From Neocallimastix sp. 'constans' (Eukaryota): 64,000 bases of DNA. This document shows, piece by piece, positions 45,207 through 59,728 of this stretch. The notes beneath the pieces were generated by a model that did not search any database, was not told the origin of the DNA, and saw nothing but the letters and a program-made list of their open reading frames with translations. Location of the stretch: the NCBI GenBank assembly GCA_050613775.1, contig JBODTK010000010.1:1054001-1118000 (forward strand), in the 5' to 3' direction. Position numbers and translations under genes: made by a program. Positions within the stretch are counted from its first letter, which is position 1; every line of letters starts with the position of its first letter.

Positions 45207-46441
45207 ATACTTATAATAATTATGTATATATAATAATACCAATACATTAAGTTTATATGTAATATATATACTATTTTTAACTAGAATATCTAAATTTGTA
45301 ATTCTTATATTATTTTATATAAATACTTTATATTATATAATATAATAAATAAATAAAAGAAAAAAAAAATAATAAAAAAAAAAAGAAGACATAATTTTTT
45401 TAAAAAAAATATAAATTATTGGTGAAATAATAATCATTTTTAATAATAGTAATAATTAAATATAATAATTCATGATACTTGAACATACCATATAGATTAT
45501 TATGTGTTTATTTCTAACTTTTCATTTTTAACATCAATCACCTCTGATAATGTTAAAAATAGGTTATTTATTCGTATATACCTTAAATATTAAAATATAT
45601 TAAACAATTTTTATTGTTTAAGAATAAAATCAAATGAAATATATATTTTATATATTATTTAAATTTATTAAAAAGAATCTATATGTTTTTTTTCTTGTAT
45701 AATTAAAGGAAAAAAAAAAATTAATAAAAATAAAAGTAGTATATGTAATTTAATATAAATAACAATAATAATTAATATTAATTAATAATAATAATTATTA
45801 TTATTATATTGAATTAATAAATATATTATTTAAATATATATAGCTTTTTAAATATTAATAACAATTGATTTTTACTTATTTTATTTCATTTTATTTTCTT
45901 AATATATACATATAAATGTTTTGCTTTTCATACTATATTAAATATAATTTCTATTTAATTATTAATTTTTTAACATAATTTTTTTTTTTTCAATATTGCA
46001 TTTAATATATAACAATTTTGTATATATATATATATATATAAAATTTTATTAGTTAATTATAATAAATATCGATAGCTTTTGGAGTTATAATGACTTTATC
46101 CTTACTTATATAGTATATATATTACACTTGATTATTTTAATTTATTTTAAAAGTTTTATTAATGTCAGGCATAAAAAGATTATTGTAAACCAACATATAG
46201 ATATAATTCCGTATTTCATTGTTGCTCCACTATTTATTTCATTATTTTTTTCTTTTTAACATATGCAAATTTTTAATATATTTTTAATATATTTTATAAT
46301 GTATACAATATAAAGAAATGAAATAGATAAACATAATAAATAAATAAATATAATCGTTAACAATTTAAAGTAATTTTAATTTTTTTTCAACAAAATTAAA
46401 ACTAAATATTCATAGTTTTTCCTGTAAATATAATATATATA

Positions 46442-47977
46442 TTAATTTCCTTTATTACCATCATTTTCTTCAGTTTTTGTATTGTTTAATGCAATCATTA
46501 CATTAGTAGCACTAAATATGATCTTATTGGTTTCTAATTCTTCTCCATCAGCTGTGTAAGGTTCAATTTTTATGTCTGAATTCGGTTCCTCCCTTTTGTT
46601 CAATGAAGAACTCCTTGATGCTTCCATATTTTTTTCATTCATTTCTTTATCCTTATTCTTTTCAATTAGTGTTGTATTATTTAATGGTTTCATTATATTG
46701 GTAGCACTAAATATTATTTTACTATTTTCTAATTCATCTCCCTCTACAGATAAATAAGGATCAATTTTTATATTTGAATTTAGTTCCCTTCTTCTGTTTA
46801 CAGATGGATTTTCCGATTTTTCCGTAATTTTTTTATCTACTTTTTTACCCTTTTTTTTTTTTTTCTTTAATTTTTTTCTATTATTATTATTATCTATTGA
46901 GGAGTAACTACCTTCCAGAAGACTATTAATATAGTCTTGATATTGTATAGAGTAAGTTGTTCTATCAATAATTCCATAACTTTCCTTTCCTTTATTAATT
47001 TTACCATTATCCCAAAGGGTACAAGGAATACCTAAATTGGATGCTTTAGTAATAAAATAATCTGCCCAGTGAATACGTTCATTTTCATTATTATTGGCTG
47101 TAGCACCAAACTCCGTGATAATTACAGCAATATTCTTTGATAGAAATTCATTTTTTATCAATTTCATTATTTTATCAACACTTTTAGTATCTGTAAATTT
47201 AGGGATCTTACCATGTGTAAAATTATAGGGTGTAAAATTGTGAAGTGAAATCATAATTTTATTATCTGTTGTTGGAATATGAAAATTTTTTATGGAATTT
47301 TCTTGGACCATGGCAGCATACGGTGCAATAAGTAAATGTCTATTAGGATTATTTCCTTTTCCTTTGCGAATAGTATCTATAAATACTTGATTTGTGATAT
47401 TTATAAATTCCCATGATTCTTTATCTCCTTCTTCATTAAAATTTTTTTTATTTGGTGAATTAATATTTTCGAAGATCAAATGTTCATCATATTCTTTAAA
47501 TTCCTCTGCAATTTGTTCCCAGAGTTTTGTTGTAATCTCTATTGCATGATTTATATCCCTAGGATAGGTATTATTCCAAACGTCGAAGGAATTATTAATT
47601 ATTACATAGACTCCATTCTGATAGGAGTAATCAACTATCTCATGAACTCTAGATAACCATTTATGATCAATAATATAGTTTGGTGCCTCTCCAAAATGAC
47701 CATACCATCTTATAGGTATTCGAAAAAGATTAAATCCATGATTTATCAGTGTATTAAAAACATCTTCTGTAGTTACAGGATTTCCCAAACAAGTTTCAAA
47801 TACTTTTGGGTCATTATCATATTCCAATAAATTTTCACAATTGATATCTAATGTGTTTCCTAAATTCCATCCAAGTCTAATATCTTTAACTAAATCAATA
47901 GAGGATATATCCCGAAAAGCGTATACATTAATAATAGATAAACTTATAATCCATATTATACTTTGTCTTATTTTCAT
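46442..47977 (-). CDS. Secreted glycoside hydrolase family 5 (GH5_4-like) homologue lacking the acid/base Glu, with a C-terminal repeat tail; intronless
   Basis: Signal peptide, GWNLGNTLD, FRIPIRW, WLSRVHEIVDY, WEQIAEEFKEYDEHLIFE, ITEFG, LWDNG. 511-aa single-exon ORF with no dockerin or CBM. Confidence 0.93.
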   Translation of the reverse strand: MKIRQSIIWIISLSIINVYAFRDISSIDLVKDIRLGWNLGNTLDINCENLLEYDNDPKVFETCLGNPVTTEDVFNTLINHGFNLFRIPIRWYGHFGEAPNYIIDHKWLSRVHEIVDYSYQNGVYVIINNSFDVWNNTYPRDINHAIEITTKLWEQIAEEFKEYDEHLIFENINSPNKKNFNEEGDKESWEFINITNQVFIDTIRKGKGNNPNRHLLIAPYAAMVQENSIKNFHIPTTDNKIMISLHNFTPYNFTHGKIPKFTDTKSVDKIMKLIKNEFLSKNIAVIITEFGATANNNENERIHWADYFITKASNLGIPCTLWDNGKINKGKESYGIIDRTTYSIQYQDYINSLLEGSYSSIDNNNNRKKLKKKKKKGKKVDKKITEKSENPSVNRRRELNSNIKIDPYLSVEGDELENSKIIFSATNIMKPLNNTTLIEKNKDKEMNEKNMEASRSSSLNKREEPNSDIKIEPYTADGEELETNKIIFSATNVMIALNNTKTEENDGNKGN

Positions 47978-49039
47978 TATTTAAAAATTTTTTAATATAT
48001 ATATATTTAACTAGTTTATAAAATAAATATAAAAAAAATAAATAAATATATAAATAAATAAATATATAATTTTTAACCAAATTCAATAATACTTCTAATA
48101 TTGAAATACCTAAAATTAAATTATTGTTCTTTTTTTTTTTTTTTTGTTGCTTTTTTTTAATTTTTCCTTTAATGAAATAAAAGAGTACTGATAGTAATAC
48201 CTATATTTTTATTCTTGGTATATTATTTCATAATAAAATGATGTTGTTTTTTATATTATCAAATGTTTAAAATATTATTTTCAAAGTTTACTTCTTTTTT
48301 TTTTCTTTATTTTATTGAATTTTAATTATTATATAATATTAATTTGTATTCTAAATCTATAAATAAAATAAATTAAAATAAATAATAAAAAAAAAAATAA
48401 TAATAAAAAAAAAAAAAAAAAAAAAATTCAGATTTAATTAATTAATTAATTAAGAATTATCCTATGAAGTAATTTCATTTAACAATAAATTTAATTAATA
48501 TTTCATAAATATTTATAATTTTATAAATTTTGAAAATTTTCTTTTTTACTTTTTTATTATTATTATTTTAAAAATAAAAATAAAAATTATATATTAATAT
48601 GAAATAGTTTTTATTTTATTTTATTTTATTTTATTTTTATTTTATTTTATTTTTTTTTTTAAATATTGCTTCTAATTTTTAAAATAAATAAATTAAAAAT
48701 GAATAAATAAAAAAACAAATGTAATAAAAGATAATAATATATAGAATAAAATAAAAAAAAATAATAATAAAAAAAATAACAATAAAAAGATAATTAAATT
48801 TGAATAAAGACAAACCAAAACAAATTGAATTTGATGAGGTGCTTGAGATAATTTATTTTATTAAATAATATAATAATAAATTTAAATTCATATATATCTT
48901 CTTCAATTTAATAATAAACATTAATTTAAGTTCACTTTAAAAATCTAAAAGGAAATTTAAATTTTAAAAAGACTTGTTATTATTTGTTATGTATATTATT
49001 TATTCTATTATTTATTCTATAATTATTTAATAAAAATTA

Positions 49040-49770
49040 AGCATTATTTATTATTTATTTGTTATTATTTATTATTTATTATTTATTATTCAATTATTTA
49101 TTATTTATTATATATTATATAAGTATTTATAATTTATACATTATTTATTATTCAATTATTTAATTATTCAATTATTTAATTATTTAATTATTTGATTATT
49201 TAATTATTTAATTATTTAATTATTTATTATTTATTAATTATTTATTATTTAATTATTCAATTATTTATTATTTATTATTTATTTAATTATTATTTATTTA
49301 TTATTTATTTATTATTTATTTATTATTAATTATTTATTCAATTATTATTTATTATTTATTATTTATTATTTATTATTTATTCAATTATTATTTATTATTT
49401 ATTATTTATTATTTATTATTTATTATTTAATTATTCAATTATTTATTATTATATTATTTATTATTTATTATTTATTATTTATTATTTATTATTTATTATT
49501 TATTATTTATTATTTATTATTTATTATTTATTATTTATTATTTATTATTATTTATTATTATTTATTATTATTTATTATTTATTATTATTTATTATTTATT
49601 ATTTATTATTTATTATTTATTATTTATTATTTATTATTTATTATTTATTATTTATTATTTATTATTTATTATTTATTATTTATTATTTATTATTTATTAT
49701 TATTTATTATTATTTATTATTATTTATTATTTATTATTATTTATTATTTATTATTTATTATTTATTTAAT
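49040..49770. repeat. (TTATTTA)n satellite between the divergent GH5 and CK2-beta genes
   Basis: Directly visible. Confidence 0.9.
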
Positions 49771-50461
49771 TAGTGATTCGTTACTATAATATTTCTATTT
49801 ATTTTTATTGTTTATTAGTATTTATATTTTTTTATATAAAAAAAAAAAAAATAAAATAAAGCTTATTTTCAATAATAGATTATGAATTTTGACCTGTTCT
49901 ATTAATATTTATTATTTATTATATATAATTTAATAATTTTTTTATTCGCTTGTTTATAACTTTTTATATATAATTTATTTATATATATAATTTTTTATTT
50001 ACTTATTTATATATTTACATATTTATATTTATATATTATAAGTATATATATTTAATTACATAATCTTTTAAATTATTAAAAATTAATTTAATAAATATAA
50101 TCTATAAATTAATGTTTTTTTTTTCTATAATATTTTTTATATAATAAAATTTATTTTATACAAATAAAAGTTAAATATACAATATATTTATATATATTTA
50201 TTTTTTATTTTATTGTTTTATATTTTATACATTTTCTTTTTTTTTTATTTCATTTTTCAAAAGTGAATTTATTAAACAAATAAAGGTAAACACAAATAAA
50301 ATAATTAATTAATTAAAAGAATATTTTATTATAAATATCATTCATTGCTAATTTATCTTGTTATATCCAATATTTGATGTATATTTATATACAGTAAGAA
50401 ATTGAATTTATAATTGTACATTTTATTATTAGTATTACAATAAAGCCCAAAATTAATTTAC

Positions 50462-52284
50462 ATGTCAAACGAAAATAGTAATTATTTATAATAATAAATA
50501 TATAATGTTTTAAAATTTATTTTTCAATAATATATTTATTATTTAATTTTTATAAATAAAATTTATAATGTATAAAGTACAATATCCAGAAGACGATCCA
50601 AACTTCCAAAATCTTGAAGAATTTCAAGAAGATAAAGAAGAAGAAGAAGAAGAAGAATGTAATTTTTTTTTGAAATAATTTTCGAGACATCTTTAATTTA
50701 AAACAAATTTTTATAAGAATTTTTTCATAATAAAATATAAATTATAATATTAAAAGTAAATAATTCATTGTATAACTTAGATGTCAGTAATGAATCTTTT
50801 GACTCATCAACGTCAACTTCAGTAATTTCATGGATAACATGGTATTGTTCCTTACCAGGTATATAATCCATGTATAAAATAAAAATATTAATAATCTCAT
50901 ATATTTATCTGGAAATAAATAAAAAAAAAAAAAAAAAAAAAAAGTTAAAATATTAACATGGTAATAATCTTAAAAATTAATTTATTCAAAATAATGATAA
51001 CAACAATAATAATAAAAAAGGTCATGAATTTTTCATTGAAGTTCCAGAAGAATTTATTGAAGATGAATTTAATTTATACGGCTTAAGAGCTATTGTGCCA
51101 ATGTACGAAGAAGCTTTAGATATGATTTTAGATTTAGACGATGAAAATCCACCACCTTCATCGGAATTACCAAAAATTGAACGCGCAGCAGAGTTATTAT
51201 ATGGATTAATTCATCAACGTTTTATTTTAACAAAATTAGGTCTTTCATTAATGAAATTAAAACTTAAAGAAGCTAGATTTGGTGTATGTCCTAGAGTTTA
51301 TTGTTATTATTCACCCGTTTTACCTTGTGGTATGACTGATATACCAGGAAAAGTTAATGTTAAGCTTTATTGCCCACGTTGTGGAGATTTATATACCCCA
51401 AAATTGGTAAAGATAAATAAAAAATATATTACATAAACCATTTATAATTTATATCCCATTTTTAATAAAATTTAAATAAGGAATGAAATAAAAAGAATTG
51501 TTCAGAACTGTCAATTTAAATTTTGAATAATAATAAATATAATTATTATTTTAATTACAAATTAAACAATAAAGTAATATAAGATGTTGATCATTTTAGT
51601 TAAATATTTTAAAAAATAAATTCTGGAATAAATTCATAGAAATCAAGCAATTATCTTTTTAAGACTAAAATTTTAAAATGCAAAGAATATTTTTATGAGA
51701 AAGGAATAGCAAATATTTTTAAATAATAATAATATTAGTAATAAATAAATAAATAAATAAAAAAATAAAATAAAATGATATAATTCTTTATAATAAATAC
51801 AGTAAATAATGATGAATAAGCTAATAACAACTTATAATAGAAATTATTTTCTAAATAAATTCAAATAAATTACAATATAAAATTAAAAATATATAAACAG
51901 TGAATGTATTTTTTATATATATAAGACAATATTATTTTGAAAATATAAAGTAAAGTAGTTAATAAAATCATAAATATATTAAATAATGTGAATACAAGGG
52001 CATAAATATCAACAAAATAGTAAATAAACTTATAAAATAAAATAGTAATATTGATGTTTCCATTGAAATACCTTCATTATATGCACTATTAATATATTAA
52101 TATAGAAATATTCATTATAAAATCCAAAATAAGTTGAAATGAAATAGTAATAAAAAAAATTATATATACAAATACTTATTATACATGATCATAATAAGAA
52201 GAAAAAAAAAAAAAAAAGAAAAAAATATAAAAAAAAAATTTTTTTTTTCTTTTTCATTATATAAAAGTCAATAGAAAATCAGTC

Positions 52285-52317
<33 letters not shown>

Positions 52318-52900
52318 AAAGATTTAAATAATATATAAATAAATATAAATAAATTTTGAATATTAATGTTAATTAATTTATGTCTATAAAATAAAAAATA
52401 AAAATAAAAATAAAAAAAAAAAAAAATAATAAACAAACAAACAAAAATTTAATAAATAAATAAATAATAAAAATAATGAATGAAATAAAAATAAAATAAA
52501 ATAAAAAAAGAAAAAATACAAGAACATTGATGGAGCTTACTTTGGAACTACTTTCCCACACTTATTCTTCTTAACCTTTCCTGAACTTCTTCCAAAGAAT
52601 TCTCTAGCACATCCAATAAACTATGAAGAAGAAGAAGAAAAGGAAAAAGAAGAGAAAGAAAAAGAAGAAAAGAATGAACTTCAAGAAAATCAAGAAAAGA
52701 ACGAAATTCAAGAAAATGAAAATGAAGCAGAAAATCCAAATAATGATGGTCGTACCTATGATATCTATACTCCAAAGATTTTTGGATTTAAAATTCATGA
52801 AACCAGTCAAAGTGGTCAAAGAATGAAATGGTTGAGATGGTAAGTTTTAATTTATTATTATTATTATTATATACATTATAATATGTGTATATATGTATCT

Positions 52901-52937
<37 letters not shown>

Positions 52938-53250
52938 TTTTTTTTTTTTGATAATTTTAATAACATAATTAATTAGTTAGCTTATGAAAAGTTATTAATT
53001 CTTAGATTATATTATAATTAAATTTATTAATTAAAACTAAATATATCAATTAATTATAATTTTATATATTAAACCAAAATATATATTAATTATTATTTTT
53101 AAATAATAATTGTTACTCATCATCCAAATTTATATATATTATAAATAATTTTTTTTTTAAAAAAAAAATAACATATTACATAGGAGAGAAGGTTATAAAT
53201 GTAAAATAGAAGAAATTAAGGCTTTACCAGATGTTTATTCCGATGATTAA
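50462..53250 (+). CDS. CKB1: Casein kinase II regulatory beta subunit (Ckb1-type; 6 exons, ~318 aa)
   Basis: Exons 50462-50477, 50578-50658, 50781-50858, 51021-51406, 52511-52839 and 53184-53250 join in frame (957 nt). SWITWYCSLPGHEFF, EDEFNL, LYGLIHQRFI, zinc finger CPRVYC...YCPRC, DGAYFGTTFPHLF, PKIFGFKI, QRMKWLR. Confidence 0.95.
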
Positions 53251-53926
53251 TTCCTACAAAAAAATAAAATAAAAATAAATAAAATAAATAAATATAATAT
53301 AATATAATAATAAAAAAAAATAAAAAAAAAAAAAAATAAAAATAATAATAAAAAAAATAAAAAAATAAAAATAAAAATAAAAATAAAACAAAAAAAAAAA
53401 AAAAATAAAATAAAAAAAAAAAAAAATAAATAAATAAAAAATAAAATAATAATAATAATAATAGTAATAGTAATAATAAAAGCATACAATATCATTTCTT
53501 TTAATCTTTTTAAAACTAGTATATTTATTATATTTATATAGAATTAATATATTAAAATTAATAAATTATTAAAAAAAAAAAAAAAAAAAAAAGACGTATT
53601 TATTTATATATTTGATAATAATATAAGACCAAAAAAAAAGAAAAAAAAAAAAAAAAAAACTAATAATAATAATAAATGATAACTATATATCAATAAATAA
53701 ATAATATTATTTCAAAAAAAAAAAGAAAAACTTTTTTTTTTTTTTTTTTAATTTTGTTGTGTTTTGTTTTTACCTCTATATAATTTAAATACATCAATGA
53801 TAATATACAACAACAGTACTACTACTACTACTACTACTAATAATAATAATAATAATAATAACAATTGTATATAATTTAGTATAAAAGTTTATATTTGTAT
53901 AGTAATTTAAATATTATTTTTATCAT

Positions 53927-53965
<39 letters not shown>

Positions 53966-54033
53966 TTATTATTATCATATATTACTATCATTATTATTTA
54001 GTATTTATTATTTATTATTATTATTATTATTAC

Positions 54034-54139
<106 letters not shown>

Positions 54140-54795
54140 CGATTATCGGAAGAAACAAGCAAATGTTAATTAATTACCATAATAAGAATTAATGGATTAA
54201 CGCTATTAACGATGAATTGGATCATTTATATCCAAATAAGATTATGAAGTTTTGTCTCAAAAGTACCTTCAGGTGAAAGAATTATTTCTACTAAATGAAT
54301 TTTTGCTACTAAAAGAAAGAGTAATGGTTTCATTTATAAATAGAAAGCTCGTCTTATTGTCAGTGGTTTCCTTCAAAATGGGGGGGGGGAGGGGTATTGA
54401 CTATGATCTCAATTATTCCCCTACCTAAAATATTGATATTGATAGTCGTTAACTCATTTTTTCTTTTATCTTTTGCTTTTCCCTGGGATATCTTCCAACT
54501 TGATATTAAAGCTGCCTATCTTAATTTTCCTCTCCATAAGGATATTTACTCTACACATTCCCAAAGGTGATTTAAACTTTAGGAGGGAGTATTGGAAACT
54601 TAATAGGTAGACAATAGTATGAAACAAAAAGAAAATTTTTAATTAATAGTAATTTTAAATAAATAAATAAATGTAAAGTATATAGAAAAGAAAAGCATGG
54701 TAGCTGACATATTAACAAAAGATTCAAATGGTACAAAAATTACTAAAATTTACAAATAATATTTTTTATATAAGAATTTCATTTGAGAGGGAATG
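54140..54795 (+). mobile_element. Ty1/Copia RT remnant joined to the RNase H end and polypurine tract
   Basis: WINAINDEL, KARLIVSGF, GIDYDLNYSP, QLDIKAAYLN, YWKLN, then MVADILTK (~54697-54720) and GAGAGGGAA followed by TG (~54785-54795). Stops and frameshifts throughout. Confidence 0.88.
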
Positions 54796-56296
54796 ATCAC
54801 TACTTAATGATTATATTTATTCATATAATTTTATATATTTATTTATAAAGTAATTTATTAAAATATATTTATATTAATATTTTATGTAAATTAGCAAATA
54901 TGTTTAATTTTACGTTTACAATATATATCAATAATAATAATAATAATAATAATAATAATTATTATTATTATTATTATTATTATCATTATTGTAACATTTA
55001 TTTAATATAATAATACTATATATTATTATACTAAAGAAATAAACAATAATGATTAATAATAAGGTGAGAAGTGGATAGTACGTTCATGTTATATTATATA
55101 TAAAACATATATCACGTAAATAACATTTATTACATATATTTAAGATATACTAAGTATTTTAAAGGACTATTAACATAAATTTATAAAACATAAACATATA
55201 TACTAATTTACATAAAACATTTAAAATATAAATATATTTTAATAAATTACATATAATATAGAAAAATTATTAAGTACTAATCAATTATTATCATATTAAT
55301 TTTTTTTATTATTATTTATTATTATTTATTATTTATTATTTATTATTTATTATTTATTATTTATTATTTATTATTATTTATTATTTATTATTATTTATTA
55401 TTTATTATTTATTATTATTTATTATTTATTATTATTATTTATTATTATTATTATTATTTATTATTATTATTAGTATAATTTTTAAGTTATTGTATTATAA
55501 TTTATTTAAATCAATTCATAATAAAAGTCAAATGAAATAAAAATATAAAAATAAAAATATAAAAACATTATAAAATATCAAATAAAATTCTAATAAAATT
55601 TATTAAATAAAAAAAAAAAATTAAAAATGAAAAATTTATAATTTATAATTAAATTAATAATATTTATATTCAATCTCTCATCCCATTTACATGCTTTTTA
55701 TATTAATATTCCATACAGGTTAAATATTATATCAAAAAAAAAAAAAAGAAAAGTTAATTTTTAAAAATTAAAAACTATTTTCATATATGTATTAAAATAT
55801 GTTATTAAAAATATAATCATATATATATATTTATATAAATTCCTTTTTTTTTTAAAAAAAAAAAAAAAGAAAAAGAAAAAAATTTTAATAAACCTAATAA
55901 TTATTATCAGATATTTTTAAATATTATGATATTTTATTTTAGTTTTAATATGTGATCACTTCATTTATTTATTTTTTATTATTATTTTAATAACCATATT
56001 TTTAAATATTTTTGATTATAGGATTAATTATCATAATCCTTTATAAAATGTATATACATTAATAAAATTTAACTATATTAGTTATAATTGAAAATATATG
56101 ATGTACATCATTAATACGCCTCATAATATTTTACATTATACAAAATAATGAAAAAGCATATTTAATTTAATAAATAAATAAATCTTAATTCTAGATATTC
56201 TTATTTTCTTAATTTTTTTTTTTTTTTTTTTTTTTTAATTACAATTAAATCTAATTTTGTTTCTTTTTTATATACATAATATTTTTTTTTATTGCC

Positions 56297-56338
<42 letters not shown>

Positions 56339-58179
56339 CCCTTCTTTTTAATTTAATATGAATAAAAAAATATATTAATTAGAATTTAACATATTTTATT
56401 ATTAATTCAAATAAATATCAAATATATATATATATGTATATAAATAAAATCTAAAAAATTAGCAAAAAAAAAAAAAAAAAAATAATAATAATAATAATAA
56501 CAATAAAATAAACGATTCCTTGTTTTTTTTTTTAAAAAAAAAGTTTACGCCTAATAAAAAAAAGTCTATTTAAATAAAAAAAAATATAATTAAATATAAA
56601 TATAAATATTATTATTATTTTTTTTTATCAAATATATCAATTTTTTATTTAACCATTTATAATAAAATTCATATATAAATAATTAATACCTAATATATAA
56701 TCTTTTATAATTATCTATTTACTATCATTAACTGTAAATCTCTCTCTCTTTTTTTTTTTTTTTTTAATATAGAGAAAATGTCAAATTTTTAAAAAAATTG
56801 AAATAATATCAAATAAAAAAATATTTATTTAAAATAATTATTAAATAGATGAATCCTTCTTCAATAGATAATAACATATCAATATTTATATATTAATTAG
56901 GTTAATATTTTTTTAATACTATTTCCAATTTTGAATCAAAAATATTAATAAAAAATAAAAATAATGAAAATATATATTCATCTTTTTTTATTTTATTATT
57001 TCCTCAACATTCTAATTATATATCAATTTAATTGAATTTAATTGAATTTAATTTACTTACAAACTATTAAGTGTTAATCATCTTGTTGATTTTTTTCTTT
57101 TCTTTTCATTTTTTTTTATTTTTTTTTCTTTTCATTTTTTTTTTTAATTTATTTTTTAATTTATTTTTTTAATTAAATTTAAACTTTTTTAAAAATAAAA
57201 GAATAAAGCTTATTTTTTTTTAATCATCAATTCAATTCATAAATTTTATTTGAAATTATCATCAAAATTTATTCACTAAAACTGTATGGTATTATCTACT
57301 ACTAATTACAGGAAAAGTCGCTTCATCAAACAATACAATGAAGAAGTTTTGATTTTCCTTAATTATAATACAAATAGTAAAGAAATAAAATAATTAAATA
57401 AAAGATGACTTTTTTTTTATTTAGTTGGTACTAAAATAATGGAATATATCCAAAATATAAATTTTAAAAATATAAATGAAAATAGTAATAAAATTCAACC
57501 TCAATTAATAATGTTATTTATTTTAATTTAAATTAAATTTTGACTTTTAATCTTTGAAACAATAATTGTTTATATTATAAAAAAAACGGGTAAAAAATTT
57601 TAATTGAAGTATAAATGAATTGCGATTCACTATCCTCATATTTATCATTTTTTTAATTTAATTTAATTTAACTAAAAAAAATAATAAATAAAAATAAAAA
57701 AAAAAAAAAAAAAAAAAAAAGTATAAAATTTTAATATGATTTTTATAATATTTAATTTAATTTATATATTTTTTCAAGGGTAATGTTAGATGGTAACTGT
57801 AATGTAACTTTTTCCTTTTATAATAATAATTTATTGACTAGTATAATATATAATATCAATATATATTAATAAGGTTTATTATAATATTTTATTTTTAAAA
57901 TAAAAAAAAATAAAATAAAAAAAAAAAAAATAAATTATAAAACATGCATAAGATATTTATTTTTATTGAGTAAAATTAAAAAAAAAATTTTTTTTTTTCT
58001 TTTTTCAATTTTCTTTTTTGATATTGAAATTCGTTAATGTGTATATTCATGTGTAGTTTACCCTTTTTTTTTTTTTTGTTTTTTTATTAAAATTCATAAT
58101 AATATTTAAATAAATTTTTAATAATTCTATTTAAATAATAATATGAAATAGAAAAAACTAAAATGATAATATCATTTTC

Positions 58180-58210
<31 letters not shown>

Positions 58211-59648
58211 GTATATATATATTTTAATGAATTATCAATGTATTAATATAAATCATTTTTTTTTTTAATTTAAAAGTTTAAATATCAAACATTGATATAT
58301 TGTAAAATATATATATATATTTTAGACATTATAATTATTATTATTTAATTATTATAATTATTATTATTTAATTATTATAATTATTATTATTATTATTATT
58401 ACAAACTATAAAATACAATAATTTTGAGTTATGAATAAAAAATATATATATATATGCATATATAAAAATAATTAATAATATTAAAAACTATTTTATTTTC
58501 AATAAATATACTTCTTTTTTTTTTTTTTTTTTTTTTTCATTGTCTGTTATAAAAAATATATATATTTTAATATTGAGTTGAATAAGATTTAAATATTATT
58601 TCCATGTTTTCTTATAAATAAATATAAATATATATTTATAATTATCATCTTTATCTACGTTATTTTAAAATTTTTATTATTTTAAAAATTTTATTGAATT
58701 TCCAAACCTCTAAATAGAATATAAAGTAATGAAATTTATTGAAGTAATTAATTATCAATTATTTGAAATTAATACTTTGTATAAACAAATAAAAAACAAT
58801 AATAGATATTTTTATTTCAATTATATAAAATTATGCTAAATTATACATTAAAATTTTAATACAAACTTCTTTTTTTTTTAAAAAAAATTAAAAAAAAACT
58901 GTAATAATAATAATAATAATAACTATTAGTTGTAGTTGTAGTAGTACTTGTCAAGTTTTAATTCACTTAATGCAAAGATATAATAAATTAGATATATATT
59001 TAACTAAATTAAAAAAAAAATAAAAAAAAAAAAAAAAAGAGAGAAAGGGAAATTAAAATGATATAGTTCTTATCATTAATAAAATAAAATATGAAAAAAT
59101 ATATTTATGGTATTAATAATTATATTTATAAATGAAATAGCTAGAAAATAATTAATTTAAAAAAAAAAAAAAATAAAATAAAGTAAAAAAAAAAAAGTAA
59201 ATTTATATGTAAATGTTTATAATTAAAAAAATAAATTAAATATTTTTTGAACACAAAATAAAACCATATATATATATAATATTTTTTTTTTTTAAGTGAG
59301 TAATACTATAACTAAAAAAATAAAAATAAAAATAAAAATAATAATTGTAAAAAAAATATTTATTAGATAATTGAAAAAAAATAAAAAATTAAAAATAAAA
59401 ATTAAATAAAATAAAAGGATAATATAATATAGTATTCATAAATAAAAATTGTAAGAATTTACAGAAATAATAAACATTGAACCTATTCTTTGTAATACAG
59501 AATTTTTTTATGGATACAAAAATAATAGTTTTAAAAGAGCATAATCAATTGTTATGTTGCAAAAAAGTTTCACGTGATTTGTTTGAAAACACTGTAACTC
59601 ATTAAAAAAAATTGAAAAATTAAAACTAAAAAAATAATAAAATGGTAA

Positions 59649-59728
<80 letters not shown>

